Counted from the whole stretch's first letter, positions 37,233 through 51,725 are shown. The stretch is 63,894 nt of DNA, filler included, from Octopus bimaculoides (GCF_001194135.2; 5 parts of 4 records of this genome joined end to end with filler, not necessarily neighbours in it), one strand, 5' to 3'. Notes: generated by a model from the sequence alone, not told the origin. Numbers and translations: made by a program.

Positions 37233-37600
37233 ACAATCCTTAGTAAACGTCCATTAATGTTATTTCGTTCGCAGAAATGAATGCTTGAATATGATCTACC
37301 CGATGTCCATGGGAACTACAGACTGCACTTTAATCATCCAATGAATACGGACTATGATTTTAAGAAAGCAATTTCGGAAAACGTGCGTAGCAATGCATTG
37401 AAATATTTATGAATTCTATCTAAGGACTATTATTGTTATAACTATATTTATGCTACATTATATCGGCACGGCTCGGTGCAACCCCAAAATCTTTTATCGC
37501 CTGTTGGCATCATTTGGCTGTAGCTGGCATAATGGAATAGGGGCTTTTATATGCATATTTAAAACCTTTCCCTTAAGCGTTTCCCGTAAACTAAATTAAA

Positions 37601-37634
<34 letters not shown>

Positions 37635-38010
37635 TATGGGGCCCCAGCATGACCACAACCGCATGGTTGAAGCGAATAAAAGAATAAATGAATTCACACA
37701 CACACACACATTATCCACACATGCGTGTTTGTATGTGTGTGGGTTTGCATGTACGTAGGCATCCATATTATTTTTGACCTCAGGCCTGTTTACTCAGTAA
37801 ATAGCAGTCCGACTTTCGTCACTATTTGTTGTTTTCTTAATGGTTTTACTTCGTAGTGTAATCAATTTATGTATATATATCTCACTGATGCTATTGTAAG
37901 ATTTTGTATCGTTAACAAGTTCAAACGTTTATTGTTTCACTTTGTTTAGTTTCATTTTACTACCATCATCGTCATCATCTTCTTCCTCCTCCTCCTCCTC
38001 CTCCTCCTCC

Positions 38011-38061
<51 letters not shown>

Positions 38062-38092
38062 GCATTACTATTGTTATTGTTGCTGTTGTTTA

Positions 38093-38315
38093 GGCGGTGA
38101 GATGGCGGAATCTTTAGCACGCCAGGCAAAATGCTCAGCGGCCTTTCGTCCGTCTTTGCGTACTGAGTTCAAATTGCGCCGAGGTCAACTTTAACTTACA
38201 TCCTTTCGGGGTTGCTGAAATAAGTACCAGTTGAGTACTGGAGTCGACGCACTCGACTTATCCTCCCCCCCCACAAATTTCAGGCCTTGTGCCTTTAAGA
38301 GAAAGGATTGTTGTT
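38093..38315 (+). mobile_element. Full-length SINE family A inserted in a (GTT)/(CAT) microsatellite
   Basis: Head aggcggtgagatggcggaatc.ttagcacgcc, B-box-like ctgagttcaaatt, central core and tail all present. Confidence 0.88.
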
Positions 38316-39356
38316 GTCATTTTCTGACTCTGACTTGTTGATGTTGTTGATGGAGATTGGCCAAGTGAAGGCTGCAAGCTTAACTTTGGAGGAGAAAGAA
38401 AGACAAGCAGATATCATTAGTCTATAAATAAATTCAATAGATGTACGCCGGCAATCAGCAAACATGTGGTCAGCAAAGGCCAATATATGGGGTTAGAGCA
38501 GTACGAGTTACTACTACGATGCTTAATGAATGTCTTAGTAGATTTTGAGGAGACTGATCTAATTATGTTTTAATTACCGTTGATATTTGTTCACTTTTAA
38601 ATGAAGTTGTACTGCGCATTACAGTTTTCGTAGCGGAGCAGTTTGTTAATACGACCATCGCTTATCGTCTGCATTTGTTATAACTGCTTGTTATAACAAA
38701 GTGTTCTGCCTTTTGAATATTGGAGGCTCTTCAGCTTGTGAGTATGAAACAGGAATGTTTTGCTTGTCCTAAAATCTTGAAGATATTTAGAAATTATGTT
38801 CTCACAGAAATTCGCTTACTTCGAAGCTGCTTACATTAGATAGCCAGAGGTGTTGTAGAGTTTCATAGAGATAAGAGAGGTGTTTGAATATTCGAATAAT
38901 ACGAGATCTAAAATGAAATAATCACAGTAAATTGTAGATAGTAATTTTTTTCTAAAGTTATAGGAAAGTAGAATGTTTGCGTGTTCGCACATCTAGAAGA
39001 AATTAAGAAACTATGCATTCGCAAAGTCGCTTACTTTGAAGTTGCTTAAGTCGAATTTCCATCGACGTTTAAGAGTGTTCTTGTGGTAGAAGAGCTGTTT
39101 GCATGGTCGAATAATGAGAGAGAACACTTAAACACTCACCAACTATTGAAGACTTTTAAGTGGCCAAGTTATAGATGATTTTGTTGTTTTTCCATAGCAT
39201 TGTAACCCATGGTGGTTTCATTTAACAGGGTTGTTAATGGGAGCAAAGCAATCAGAAAAGCAAGGTTGACAACGAGTACCTTGTAAATTCCGATTCTTAT
39301 GAATATAGGGTATGTTTCAATGACATGTGACTTATTTTTCAGTGTGATGTTGGTTA

Positions 39357-39416
<60 letters not shown>

Positions 39417-39529
39417 GGAGCAGAAATAGTGATTAGCGGCGTTTATTCTGACTTTCAAAGCTGAGTTCAAATTTCATTTGCTAGTGTTGATATATCAATT
39501 AGAAAGCATTTTTTCCTTCATGATCTCTG

Positions 39530-39735
39530 ACAACTATATCTGGCCTATTTACCTTAATTTCTCTGTCAGTGTATTGGCATATCCCAGAGTATGGTTGCTT
39601 TCTCGTTTTATGTGACCTTTTCTGTGGAGGTGATATTCGTTGTTTTTTGTTTTTGTTTTTGTAGCTGCTGTATTTCTAGCTATTCTTGTTATTGTTTGTA
39701 ATGAGTGGATCGTCTAATTATTCGAAGGATTGAAA
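39530..39735 (-). mobile_element. R4/Dong-type LINE RLE fragment
   Basis: Homologous to 11000-11110 ('gtattggcatatcccagagtatggttgct'). Confidence 0.6.
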
Positions 39736-42244
39736 TATTACCACACTTAAAAAACAAACCTTTATTCTTTTTAATTTAGTGGCAAAGCGTTTTGGGACGG
39801 CTGAATGAACTCCCTATTATCTTGGGCGTGTAAACATATTTTTCTAAGATATGTAATATTCTTTGGCTCAAAGTTTGATATGGCTTTCCAAAGAGCAGTG
39901 ACAGGCTTGCTAAAACGAGTTTAGTAACCCCGAGAAAAATAATTGACATCCGTAGTTTTGGTAATGTAACAAGCCAGAGAGAAACGAAGTGAGTTAGCTC
40001 CCTCTAGGTAAATAAATATATTAATTAATGCGTTGGTAACATGTTTCATAGCACAAATTCTCTATGGCTGAGGAATCCATTAAGGATATAACAATGAAGA
40101 AACAGGCATGCTTTGATTTTTAATACGGGGGATATTTTTCCATGTTCTAAAATGATCAGTAGGAAGAACATCTAGATGAACGGCACTGTGTTCATTTCTG
40201 ACTGTCACCGTGCATATGGAAGCATAAAGTCGAGAGTCAACCTGTTGACGCAAGACAAAAGACCCAGTTGCCAGACGTGCTCAAGCAAGAAAGGTTTGAA
40301 GTACTTCCACAGAAAAATTGAGAAAATAGAGACGAAAAGAAAGCTGGGCACGCAACACTCTGCGGGTGCTTTGAGGACTAGATTTTCTTTAAGCTGTCGC
40401 TTAAGCAAAATTCAACGTACCATAATAAAACGATAACCTACTGACCCTTGCACTAGAAACTGATACGTTCCCATTGTGCAGGTGAAACTTTTGATCGCAG
40501 CTGTGATGTGAAAATTGTTTTTTACGTAGTCTTAGTGCTCTTGCTGCAATCTCTCAAATATTCATAGATCAATATCGAGTTATTTATGTATAAAATGTCA
40601 TTATTCCGTCAGAAAATGTGTGTATGTATGCCCACCCGTCCTGCAATATCTTTTATAACACTCTTTAAACGGTTTCCTGGTTTATCGTAGTAATAAATGA
40701 ATTGGTAATGTCAGGAGAACGTCAGGTATAATGGTTGGCTTTGAGTTCAATTTCCTTCAACGTCACCTTTGCCTTGCATCCTTTCGGGGGTTGGTAATTA
40801 GGTAGCAGTCCAAGGCTGTGAATTGCCGAAACTGCACGAATATCGGCTCAGATGCCTTGCAGTATTTGTGGCAGTGTGTTCAATACCTGCTGTGGAATTT
40901 GAACTTAACCCGTCAACCGGTTTAACCCAAGCGCCTGCGCTCTCACGTGTGTTTAATTGAGCCCATTCTCTGTAAGTCGTGGGGGAAGGCGTCTTGTATG
41001 GCGATATCTTCCTTCCTCTCTCCCACTAGTCTCCGAGGCTCTGTAAAGCATCTGAGGCACAGTTTTGTTACCTGACTAAACGATAAGAAAAATATCAAAT
41101 AATTGATTTAAGATTAACCGCCATAATATGTTATTATAATGCAAAGATATCTGCATTGTCATTGTTAATGTTATCTGGTATACATTTTTCAGCTAGAAAT
41201 AATTATAGCAAAGATATATGTCAAATCGAAGTATTTTCCTGCCCCGAAATTCTGTTCTGAAAAAACATCATAGCCAGAAAAATACAACATCGAATATTTC
41301 GTTTGAAGTTTAAATTTCCAAATGATTAAATTAATAATAAATTTTATCATATTTCCTATCTTTTAGTATTCCAGAGAGAAATTGTTCAGACGCCATCATT
41401 TATGTATAGTATGGAAATGCGCTATGTATGTATGAGTAAGTGTCTGTGTGTGCGTGTTTGTGTATATAATATAATGTATATTATATATTTACTCATATGC
41501 ATGTATATCTATATATCTATATAACTAAATCTATGTCAATAAAAACACGCACACACGGATACAGACAGACGCACATGTTATGATTCGGTTAAGCTATAGC
41601 GATCCTAACATCCGCTTGTTAGAACTCTCCCACCTCTCTCTCTCTATACACTCCCCCATGCATATACACATATATGTATATCTTGTCTGCTGACCTCTGA
41701 ATATTTCTGAAGCTATTAAATGTAGATCAAATACAGCAGGTATATATTTATATGTCTTAACTTGAAGAAAAAAATGTAGCGGACACAACATTTGCAAAAC
41801 CTCTGTGACTGGGGAGGAAAATGAAAAGCGTGCATATGAGAGGTCAATCCCGAACATTCATAATTAGGTCCATAACATATAATTACATAAAACAACATGT
41901 CTTGCTACGTGTATATTGCACTGGTTTAGTTGCTGTAGTTGAAAAGAGCAGCTCAAAATATTGAGCTATTATCAAACGGAGGAAGCATGTGAATGGTGCA
42001 GCTAAGAGCTTCAAATAATGGGATTCAGATACCAGGAAATGCTGTTTAATAGAATGATTGATCAAGCCTAACACGCATGAACAACTGCAGTCCTTCAAAA
42101 TAGTTCTCTGAATAATTTTGTCTGTGAGGCTTTCATTGGTTTTATTTCATTATGTTTGTTTAATAAGGAAGGAACTCAGTTACTATTCCTTAAAGGACAT
42201 CCGTGATAAGTGGGAGTTGAAGGAGAAGAAGTTATCCTCAACTC

Positions 42245-42560
42245 TAAGACAGTCCTGTGTCGAATAATTGGAATAGAATGGGCCTTGCAAAAGATACCCA
42301 AAGTAGGGGTGTTGGGGTTAACCTGAATGATGGATTAAGCCCATCAAAGTTGACCATGTTGGGATTTGAACTCAGAACGCAAAAAAGCTGGAAGGAAAAA
42401 ATGCCGAAAGCCAGTTCGTCCATCACATCTACCGCCTTGAATAGGTACCTTTTATCAATTCTGAGAAAAACGAAATGCAAATTTAACATCGGAGGGATTT
42501 GATATCAGAGCCATGATTCAGAAAAATATCACAAGGCATTCTATCCAGTGATCTCAAGAG
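42245..42560 (-). mobile_element. Two decayed SINE family A copies
   Basis: 'aaagttgaccatgttgggatttgaactcagaacg' and 'tttaacatcggagggatttgatatcagag'. Confidence 0.6.
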
Positions 42561-45500
42561 TCTGCTACAATGGCACCCATGTTTAACTCCGAGGCCCTAG
42601 TTGAAGGCAAGTCATCAAAATACTTTAAAATAAAACGGATCTTCGAATCACCTGATTGCGTGTTGCACGTCAGAACTACAACGCCATGCAGTCAGCGGTG
42701 TAAGATATGTAAATGATCTTAAAGAAGCCTCTCGAAATAGATGGTATTCAAATACAGCTGTGGCAATATAAAGAGAATAATTACATCGATTTGGTCTTAA
42801 GCATAATTTATTATATAGAAGAGCACTATTTTACACCATATTTTCAGTATTCCCGAGATAATGATTAATTTAAATGCAGAAGACGTTTTACCACTCACAA
42901 TCAATTAGCAAAAGCACATCAATTCTTCCCACTCTTTCTCTAAGATATTTGTCATATCTTAGCACGTCACTATCTTACTTCCCTATCTGTCTCTTGCCTT
43001 CATCTTCCAACTGGTAAATTGTTCTTTCTGCATGTATACTTACATGCAGATATACACATTCACACATCCATATATATATATATATATATANNNNNNNNNN
43101 NNNNNNNNNNNNNNNNNNNNNNNNNNNNNNNNNNNNNNNNNNNNNNNNNNNNNNNNNNNNNNNNNNNNNNNNNNNNNNNNNNNNNNNNNNNNNNNNNNNN
43201 NNNNNNNNNNNNNNNNNNNNNNNNNNNNNNNNNNNNNNNNNNNNNNNNNNNNNNNNNNNNNNNNNNNNNNNNNNNNNNNNNNNNNNTATATATACGCACG
43301 AATTTTCAATTCAAATTGACAACATTGCTTATTTACACCTTCGGGTATTTGCAAAACCAAAATGCGGATTCTTTACAAAAAAGGTAAAACTATTGGTGAC
43401 CAAGAAAAATTACAATTCATCAAAATTTTTTTTTTTCTTTTTTTTTTCAGTCGAGGCATTATTTAAACCTGTTCTTAAGTTGGACTGATTTATTGGAGCT
43501 CATGCTGCTCTTTTCAAGTAATTCAACTACAAATAAAATGTTCTTTTTGTCTTTCATTTATTTCTTGTTTGTAATGCAATTGAACACCTTGAGGAGTAGT
43601 ATCTCAGCTATATTCCATATTTAACTAAAAGAAAATAAAAATGCTTTTTTTTTTTTTACATCCAAGAAAAAGTATATGCTAGTTACTTCTTTGAAATCTA
43701 AATATTCTTCTAATCTACTAAAATGCATATATCACCAATGGTAGGTTGATCTGAGAAGTGTTGCATTCGAGCTGAGCAATACGACTTTGATAAATGAAAA
43801 TATGTCATTCATTCAACGCTTCAATGTTTCGAGTGAGTTTACAAAGAAATAGAAGGGAGGGTGAAGTTTCTTTTAAGGTGAAAGAGGAACTCATTGTTTT
43901 AGATTTTTTAATGTTTTTGATTCATTATTGCTAGGCGAGGTCTTTTTATTCATATAGATACACGGTATATACTACTTAGTAAAGTTTTTTCACATTCAGA
44001 ATTCATACTTCTGAAATGGTAACATGTGTCAAATACTAATTTCTCCAGCCAACCACTCAAAACGCTTGACCAGTACTAAAATTTTATCTCAGTTATTTCT
44101 TTATGAGGATGTTTTTATTATACTTAGATGCTAAAAGTTTTGTTTTTTATGTTGAGAATATATTTTTGTACTCGTTTTCATGTCATCTAACGAAGAAGCT
44201 TCTGTAGGTGTTGCTCTCCTTGTCATAAATGGCAGCCAAATCCTTCGCAACTAAGACCCTAAAGACTTTAAAAAAGACGCACTGTTTAATGTACTTCTAC
44301 ATACACTGCGTATGGACGATAAAAACAGGATGACCAAAGCTGTAGAGGTCCGCTCGAACAGGGTTGAATTTCGTCTAAACCGTGGCAACAACTATTGAAT
44401 TTATTAGATTAGGTTATTGTTTTGTTAGTGTATTTTCTGTTGAGAATTATGAAATATCTCTTGTTATAGCAACAGCGCTGTTATATATCTAAATTGGATA
44501 ATGTTGCAAGATATTTCGATAACATCTTAATATCTACTATCTTCTTGAGTGAAACTCAACGAATACAATTTGTTAGTTGTTCAGCAATCACTTCATCTTG
44601 ATATCCTGGATAATTTTGAAAGTATCCTCAATCTCTTAACTACATTCTTTTCTATTTTGTATAGAAACATATTAATGATTTCATGTTTTTCATGCTGCTG
44701 TGGCATGTATATAATATATAACATAGGCGCAATGCCTCAAAGTTGAGCTGTTGCATGTAGTCAAATCAGCTCACAAGTGATTAGGCTTCATAGCAGCCCT
44801 GAACAGTTAAAACGTTAGTGAATCACTGCAGAATATGAACACAGAATTTTGTCTTATTCTTTAGAATATTCCACCGCATTTGCTTTTAAAGAATGCAAAA
44901 TTGGAGTGGAATGACTGAATAGTAAAACTCGTGCGTTATGTGTTAAGATAATTTAAGTTCTGAGTTCCCAAACCTACCGAGGGCAACTTCATCTTTCATT
45001 CTCCAGGGTCGATATTTTATCGACCCTGGAGGATGAATATGATATATTTTATATTACTAGTTGAGTACTGGGATTAATAGTATGAACTAACTCTTCAAAA
45101 TTTACTATCTCGTGCCTACATTTAGAACATTACTAATGATGTCAATAGAGCGGCGCAATAACAGAATTTTTATAACTTCAAATAATTTACGTTGCTGTAT
45201 GTTTTGACTTTAAGTCTCTGGTTTGCTTTTCATTCCTTGACAGAATCAAGCTTAAGTTTAGTAACGACTATTATCTGTTCATAAAATTTCAGTCAGTGCG
45301 CCACGATTAGAAATGAATATTAATGAATTTTTAAAAACTTTATCACCATGCAAATCCATTGGGAAATGTAAAGCTTGACTATATCGTCAGTGGTAGATAT
45401 TTTAACACCTTTCCAAAGCTGGGAGGTAAGCTTGTTCACAACCTCGGCGGAATTTGAATATAATTAAATACCGCCAAATATTTTGCAGCAGTGCAGCTAA

Positions 45501-46892
45501 ACAATGTCTAGTATTGTACCACCACCTATATTTATCATATAATTTGAAGCTATGTTGTCCTTTAACTGATTCTCTGCAATGCTTTAAATTGTACTTAAGA
45601 CTGCTTTTAGTTGTGGTTTTTTTCAATGACTAAAACGATATTAGTTTCATTTTAATTTGCTTGTCATTTAAATTAATGGAGATTGTTCCCTAGCGCAACT
45701 GTGAGGATTAGATACGAGACGGGCTAATTGATATGTTTAAAAAAAATGAAATGGTTTTAAGCTATTTAAACTTGTCCAGAACTCTGATAAAGACAGAAAA
45801 ATTATATGGAGCTAAACTCTAATTTTTCTTCTTATCAATGAAAAAGAAAGGGTAAAACATATTACATTAACATTAATATTTTATGGGCATGGTGTTTGTC
45901 ACTTTGCAAACTAGTGATTTAAGCTGTCATGTTCAGTTAAGAAAGATTTGGAGAGCGTTGTTTTAACAACAGAAATTATTATTTTAAGGTACCGAATGAA
46001 AATAAGGCAGTAATATACTTCGATAACATCTGAAACGTTAACTATCAGAATGAAACAAATAGCTTTAACTCAGCATTTAAAAAAACTTTCTTAATTAAAA
46101 TACTGGATAACATTTGTACTACATTCAACTATGTTTATTTCTGTTTCCTATCGGAATGGTTGTTGTTTCCTCTCAGTCTTTTTTTTGTTCTGTGAATTCA
46201 GGTATATATTTCAAATAATCCAAGGCAATATTTCCGAGATAAATTTGTGAGATGCTGGAAAACTCTAGAGAGTTTTGTGGTAACAAATATGTCTCACACA
46301 TGGACGACAGAAAGAAGGTAGCGAAGAGTGGGACTACATCTTAGCAGAAGAGAATGACGTAGGTGTTGAAGCGGGAGCGATATGGTTGAGGGTCTGCTGG
46401 AAGCTAGAAGTGTTTGAAGTACAGTTAATAGAAGTATTTGTACGAGTGGAGATGGGATGGAATATATCATAGTAAATGGAAGTCTTCGTAACTTATACAC
46501 AGGTGAAACAGACAGGCAGACGAATGGCTGGAAGCCACAAATGTACTGTCATCATATTTCTTTCGGAGAGGAATTTGAATATAGCATGTGTTCTGGATAG
46601 AAAAGATGGTATATAGATTGGGATTGATAGATATGTGTCACGAAGAGGAGAGTAAAAGGCATGTGTTGGTTGTGTGAGAGCAAGAAATGCTCCATTGTGT
46701 TCAGATATTATTGAATCTATGAATGATAGAGAAGACAAGTGAAAATAAAACGTACACGCACACATAAACACGCACACACTTGTATACATACAAACACAAC
46801 TATATATATGAAAATAATAAGGGCTCAAAGTGCATTAACCTTTTCCAAACACACGCATACATTTATGAATATGTAAAATATATAATATATGT

Positions 46893-46963
46893 AGATATGA
46901 TACTCAGTGGTAGAATGCTCGCCTGCCACGCGGTCAGTCCGCGTTCGATTCCCTGCCGATGCA
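46893..46963 (+). tRNA. tRNA-Gly(GCC): tRNA-Gly(GCC) pseudogene
   Basis: tcagtggtagaatgctcgcctGCCacgcgg..ccgcgttcgattccctgccgatgca closely matches the invertebrate tRNA-Gly-GCC sequence; the 5' acceptor strand is lost and the T-stem has two mismatches. Confidence 0.85.
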
Positions 46964-47395
46964 ACTTCAAATTCACTGGCGGTGCCCAAGAATAGCCGTA
47001 GCCTCAATGCCGAAACATATAAAAGAATAAAGGAATATATATATATATNNNNNNNNNNNNNNNNNNNNNNNNNNNNNNNNNNNNNNNNNNNNNNNNNNNN
47101 NNNNNNNNNNNNNNNNNNNNNNNNNNNNNNNNNNNNNNNNNNNNNNNNNNNNNNNNNNNNNNNNNNNNNNNNNNNNNNNNNNNNNNNNNNNNNNNNNNNN
47201 NNNNNNNNNNNNNNNNNNNNNNNNNNNNNNNNNNNNNNNNNNNNNNNNNNNNNNNNNNNNNNNNNNNNNNNNNNNNNNNNNNNNNNNNNNATATATATAT
47301 ATATATATATATACACCTTTAGTGTGAGAAAAAAGATATCCAGTACAACTTCAGACAAACAAATAAACGCATAAGTACCTCTTTCTCTCAGTATG

Positions 47396-47471
<76 letters not shown>

Positions 47472-48122
47472 CGTGCGTGCGCGCGTGTATGTGTATGTGT
47501 GTATGTGTTATATAGTCGAAAAATATCGTTATAGGTATAAATATACCACAGACAATTATAGAGAAACAGAGGAGAAAAAGAAGCAGGCGTGTGTGTTAAA
47601 TCATTCGAAACGTTGTGATCCATTTTCATGTTTGTATAACTGATAATACTGTGTCACCCGTCTTTACGCATTATTGATCGATGTGACATAGCAGAATAAA
47701 CCAGAACACTTACTGTGAAGAATAAACCGAAGGAGATTCTTAATGAAGAAAAGGCACGATGGATTATCATGAAGCTTTAGAAGAAACAGTCTGGAAGAAC
47801 GAGATCCCTTATTGGTATGTTTACGAGGCAAATTACATTCCTAGATTTTGTTGTTACAGTGTTCTATTTTTAAAGGGTATAGGATATGATTTGAGACAGA
47901 TACTCCTACTAATTCTATTAGTCCGTTAAACCATACTGAGGTTCCCATTTTGTTTTGTATTACTCTTATGTTTCTCTCATCGTTATGTCACCCCAGATCA
48001 TCTGGATAATCACAGAGGACCAATCTCAAAAGCACTGAACCTGTGACTATCTCATGCTTTCGCTTGGCAAAGTGCGTTAAAGACTGCAGTTTTCAATGCA
48101 CGCACATATATTTTATAAGTTT

Positions 48123-48492
48123 CTTATTTTTTACTGCCCACAAGAGGCTACACACAGAGGGGACAAACAAGGGCAGACAAATGGATTAAGTCGATTATAT
48201 CGACCTCAGTGCGTTACTGGTACTTATTTAATCGACCCCGAAAGGATGAAAGGTAAAGTCGACCTCGGCGGAATTTGAACTCAGAATGTAAAGACGGGTG
48301 AAATACCTATTTCTTTACTACCCACAAGGGGCTATACACAGAGGGGACAAACAAAGACAGACAAACGGATTAAGTCGATTATACCGACCCCAGTGCGTAA
48401 TTGGTACTTATTTAATCGACCCCGAAAGGACGAAATACCGCTAAGCATTTCGCCAGGCGTGCTAACGTTCCTGGCAGCTCGCCGCCTTTTAT
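48123..48492 (-). mobile_element. Dimeric SINE family A insertion with a 16-bp target-site duplication
   Basis: TATATTTTATAAGTTT at 48107-48122 and 48493-48508; the internal module is duplicated. Confidence 0.9.
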
Positions 48493-49692
48493 TATATTTT
48501 ATAAGTTTGTATGTATTTTATAAGTTTGTAGGGTGTGATGTCGGGCCAATGTAGCTGCTATTCTGCTGACCGCCTATAGCCATGCTATATTCCATGCTAA
48601 ATGTCAAGTAAAATTCTATGGTGCATGTTGATTGTGGCTCTAAAAGAAAATAACTGCAATTTATCAGGCAGTAGAGTGTTAGTCAGGAAATTGATTGTAT
48701 CGTTTTCTGTTAAATCTATCCTGTATCATCCGCTGGAAAGAAATCATTTAATGCTTCTGTGTCACTGGAAATTTCTCATCACCTTTGCTTATGGCTAAAA
48801 GCTGATCCTTGTGGGAAACCTTTCAAAAGATTGGAAAAGTGATAAACGATAAGGTGCATCATTCTTAATTCAGTTATGCCATACATATATATACAAAACT
48901 ATTATTTTCCCTTTCTCTCACGCTTGCTTTATATATTAACATTGGCTTCTTTGAGGCCATGGTTTGGCAGTATCTTTCGATAGTCAGCAGATGCATTGTG
49001 TCACTTGACATATTTCTACAATCTGAGTTCAAATCCTGTACAAACTTGGCCTTTCATTCCCCCAGAGCATATAAATAATGGACCAGTCAAGAACCAAATA
49101 CAATTTAACAGGCTAAACTTCTCATCCAAATTCCAGAAATTGTGCCTACATTCGACAAAGTAATCAATACTGATTCTTATCATTTTATGTCTTATGGGGA
49201 AGGGTGTAGTTGTATAAATCAATCTCATTATTCGACTAATTCTTCCAGAAGAATTAAAGGCAATCAAAAGTTTCGGCAGCATTTGAACACAGAATGTAAA
49301 GCGCCTTAATTAAATACCACAATATGTTTTTTTTTTCTGATCTCTGACGAAATCTCAACGCCCGCTGTTAATAATGCGGGAAAGTGGAAGAATTCTCAGA
49401 GCCCCGGAGTTCAAATACTTACGGACTCAATTTTTGCATTTCATCATTTTGGGCCGGATTAATTAATGATCAGTTATTCGTATATAAAGAACTGTACAGC
49501 TTTCCCCAGAATGTGTGGCCTTGAGCGTTTATACCTTTGTATTCAAGTTACCAATACATATTATATGTATNNNNNNNNNNNNNNNNNNNNNNNNNNNNNN
49601 NNNNNNNNNNNNNNNNNNNNNNNNNNNNNNNNNNNNNNNNNNNNNNNNNNNNNNNNNNNNNNNNNNNNNNNNNNNNNNNNNNNNNNNNNNNN

Positions 49693-49725
<33 letters not shown>

Positions 49726-50769
49726 TGCATCAGTTATTTAAATTATCATCGTATAATTAGATTTTTATTATAAGTATTTATTGAGTCTCAGGCAAATTAC
49801 CGTGCTGTGTTTAATAATCTTTTATATATTGTCATCAAATACCGATGGGATCAACTTGCACTTTCATCTTTCTAGAAATGATCAATGGAGCATCCCTCAT
49901 GCGGTGGATTGATGTAATCGACTATACACTTCCAATTAAGAATGCCTGACTTTGTGTCTATGCTAGAAATCAATATTATAGCGTAGTATTCGGAATTGTT
50001 AGTATCATGAAAAATGTCTGACGTATTTCATTACATTTCTTTACGGACTGAATTCTATTGCATTGGTCATATGCATAGATGTACCCACGTATGTCTAGTC
50101 TTTTTCTCTCTCTTTATGTTTATATGTATATATCACGGCATCACGATATTGACCAAATTCTTGGATATTTTTATACATCTCTAACCCCTATGTGCTTCGC
50201 ACTATTTTAACCTTCTATCAATATTTTATCCCACCGCCCGGCAAGGCGAGCAGGCTATATATATGTAGAATAGCTCTCAATCAGCTAAGAAAGAAAAGAT
50301 GTTATAATGAAAATCTCAAATGTTGTGAAATGCAAATGCCCAGAGCCTCCTGACCAATATATTAACTTATTTCGCCATTTCTCAAGATGTGAAAAATTAT
50401 TTTTGTCAGTTGCTTTTTAAGCAGATGACGTTTGAACAAGGGATGCTCATAAAGAAGAAAGCAAAAAGAAAAACACAGAAGTGGTAACCGACGTAATAAT
50501 AAACAAATGTCAAAAAGATATTAACGAGATATTAATGGTTTACGATGTGTCAGGTGACTACTTTTTAAATTCTGACGCAAAGTATTTCTTAAAATGCGAA
50601 CATAGAGAGATAATCTCGTTCCTGGAATTTACGTAGTTGTTGGAGGCTGTCAAATTATTTAAGAGGTATACTGTTTCGAGAGAACATATTGAACATCCTT
50701 TGTACCCGTTAATATAGGGTCAAGTTTTGGAAATTATTTCCAATTTGAAGGGTGTAGCAGGGTGTAGTT

Positions 50770-51725
50770 GGCCTCTTCATCATTAAGTTTCTGACTTCAG
50801 TACAAGACTTTCACAACTTAGCCATGCCTTCATTACTTATCTTCTCCCAGAACGAAATCGGGACATTCTTCAACAATGTGTGCCATTGTTTCATCCCAAA
50901 TTCCACACACACTCTACATTTTGCCGATACCTTATCTCCATACACATATTTCCTCAGGTTGTCTGTTTTAAAGGACTGATATTGCGCTATTATAATAAGG
51001 CTCACTGTTTCCTTCTTTAATTGCTCTTGTTTTCAACCATACCCAGTTTTTTTATTCCACATATATCCTCAGTGGGTTTCCAAAGATGATCGTCTAAAGG
51101 TTTCTCTTCAATCTGTGCAACATGCTCTCTTTGAATTTCGTTCTTGTCTTTTTTCTTCTGTTCCACACTTGATCACCGGTTCTTATTCATTGCCTTCAGT
51201 AATTTCTCTCTGCTCTTCTGTAAATATTTTAGTAGGCTTTTTCTTTCCAACTCTTCCACCACATCACAGAAATTAAGTCTCTTCTAACCTGGTCTCTCTT
51301 CGAGATAAACCTATTAACATTAGCTTTCAAATGGCGAGGTTCATACTCTGTCAACAGGTTTCTGGCTTTTCTGTCAATTTTTTGTATATCACTTTTTGCC
51401 TAGTCTCAAGTTTCAGCTCAACATCACATTACCTGTACTCTTGAATTTATTACTTCATTAAAACATTTTTGTAACTCACCTCCAACTGTAATATTTTTCT
51501 CACTCTCCAAGTATACTCCCTACTGGTAATTTGCTTCATCTTTTCTTGTTTTGCTTCATCTGCCTTTCCAGTTTCGTCGTTTATTTTGGACCGAATTACA
51601 ACATACACAAACACCGGAAGCTTCCTGATACTCACTCCAGACCAACAATAAGACAAGTACAAAATATGCAACTGATGGTCATCCTCCTCGCACTTTCCCC
51701 CACCCACTGCTTCTTCTAACCTTTT
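50770..51725 (-). mobile_element. R4/Dong-type LINE RT tail, decayed
   Basis: EYTWRVRKILQLEVSYKNV; RLYLSRRE..RVGKK; DKVSAKCRVC..HTLLKNVP. Confidence 0.75.

Noticed and set aside
40176-40436. 86-aa ORF and adjacent GC-richer patch at 40860-41080
   Set aside because: No recognisable domain, no convincing splice signals and no codon evidence.
46290-46560. Purine-rich stretch with a faint resemblance to a LINE AP endonuclease
   Set aside because: Multiple stops and no intact diagnostic motif.
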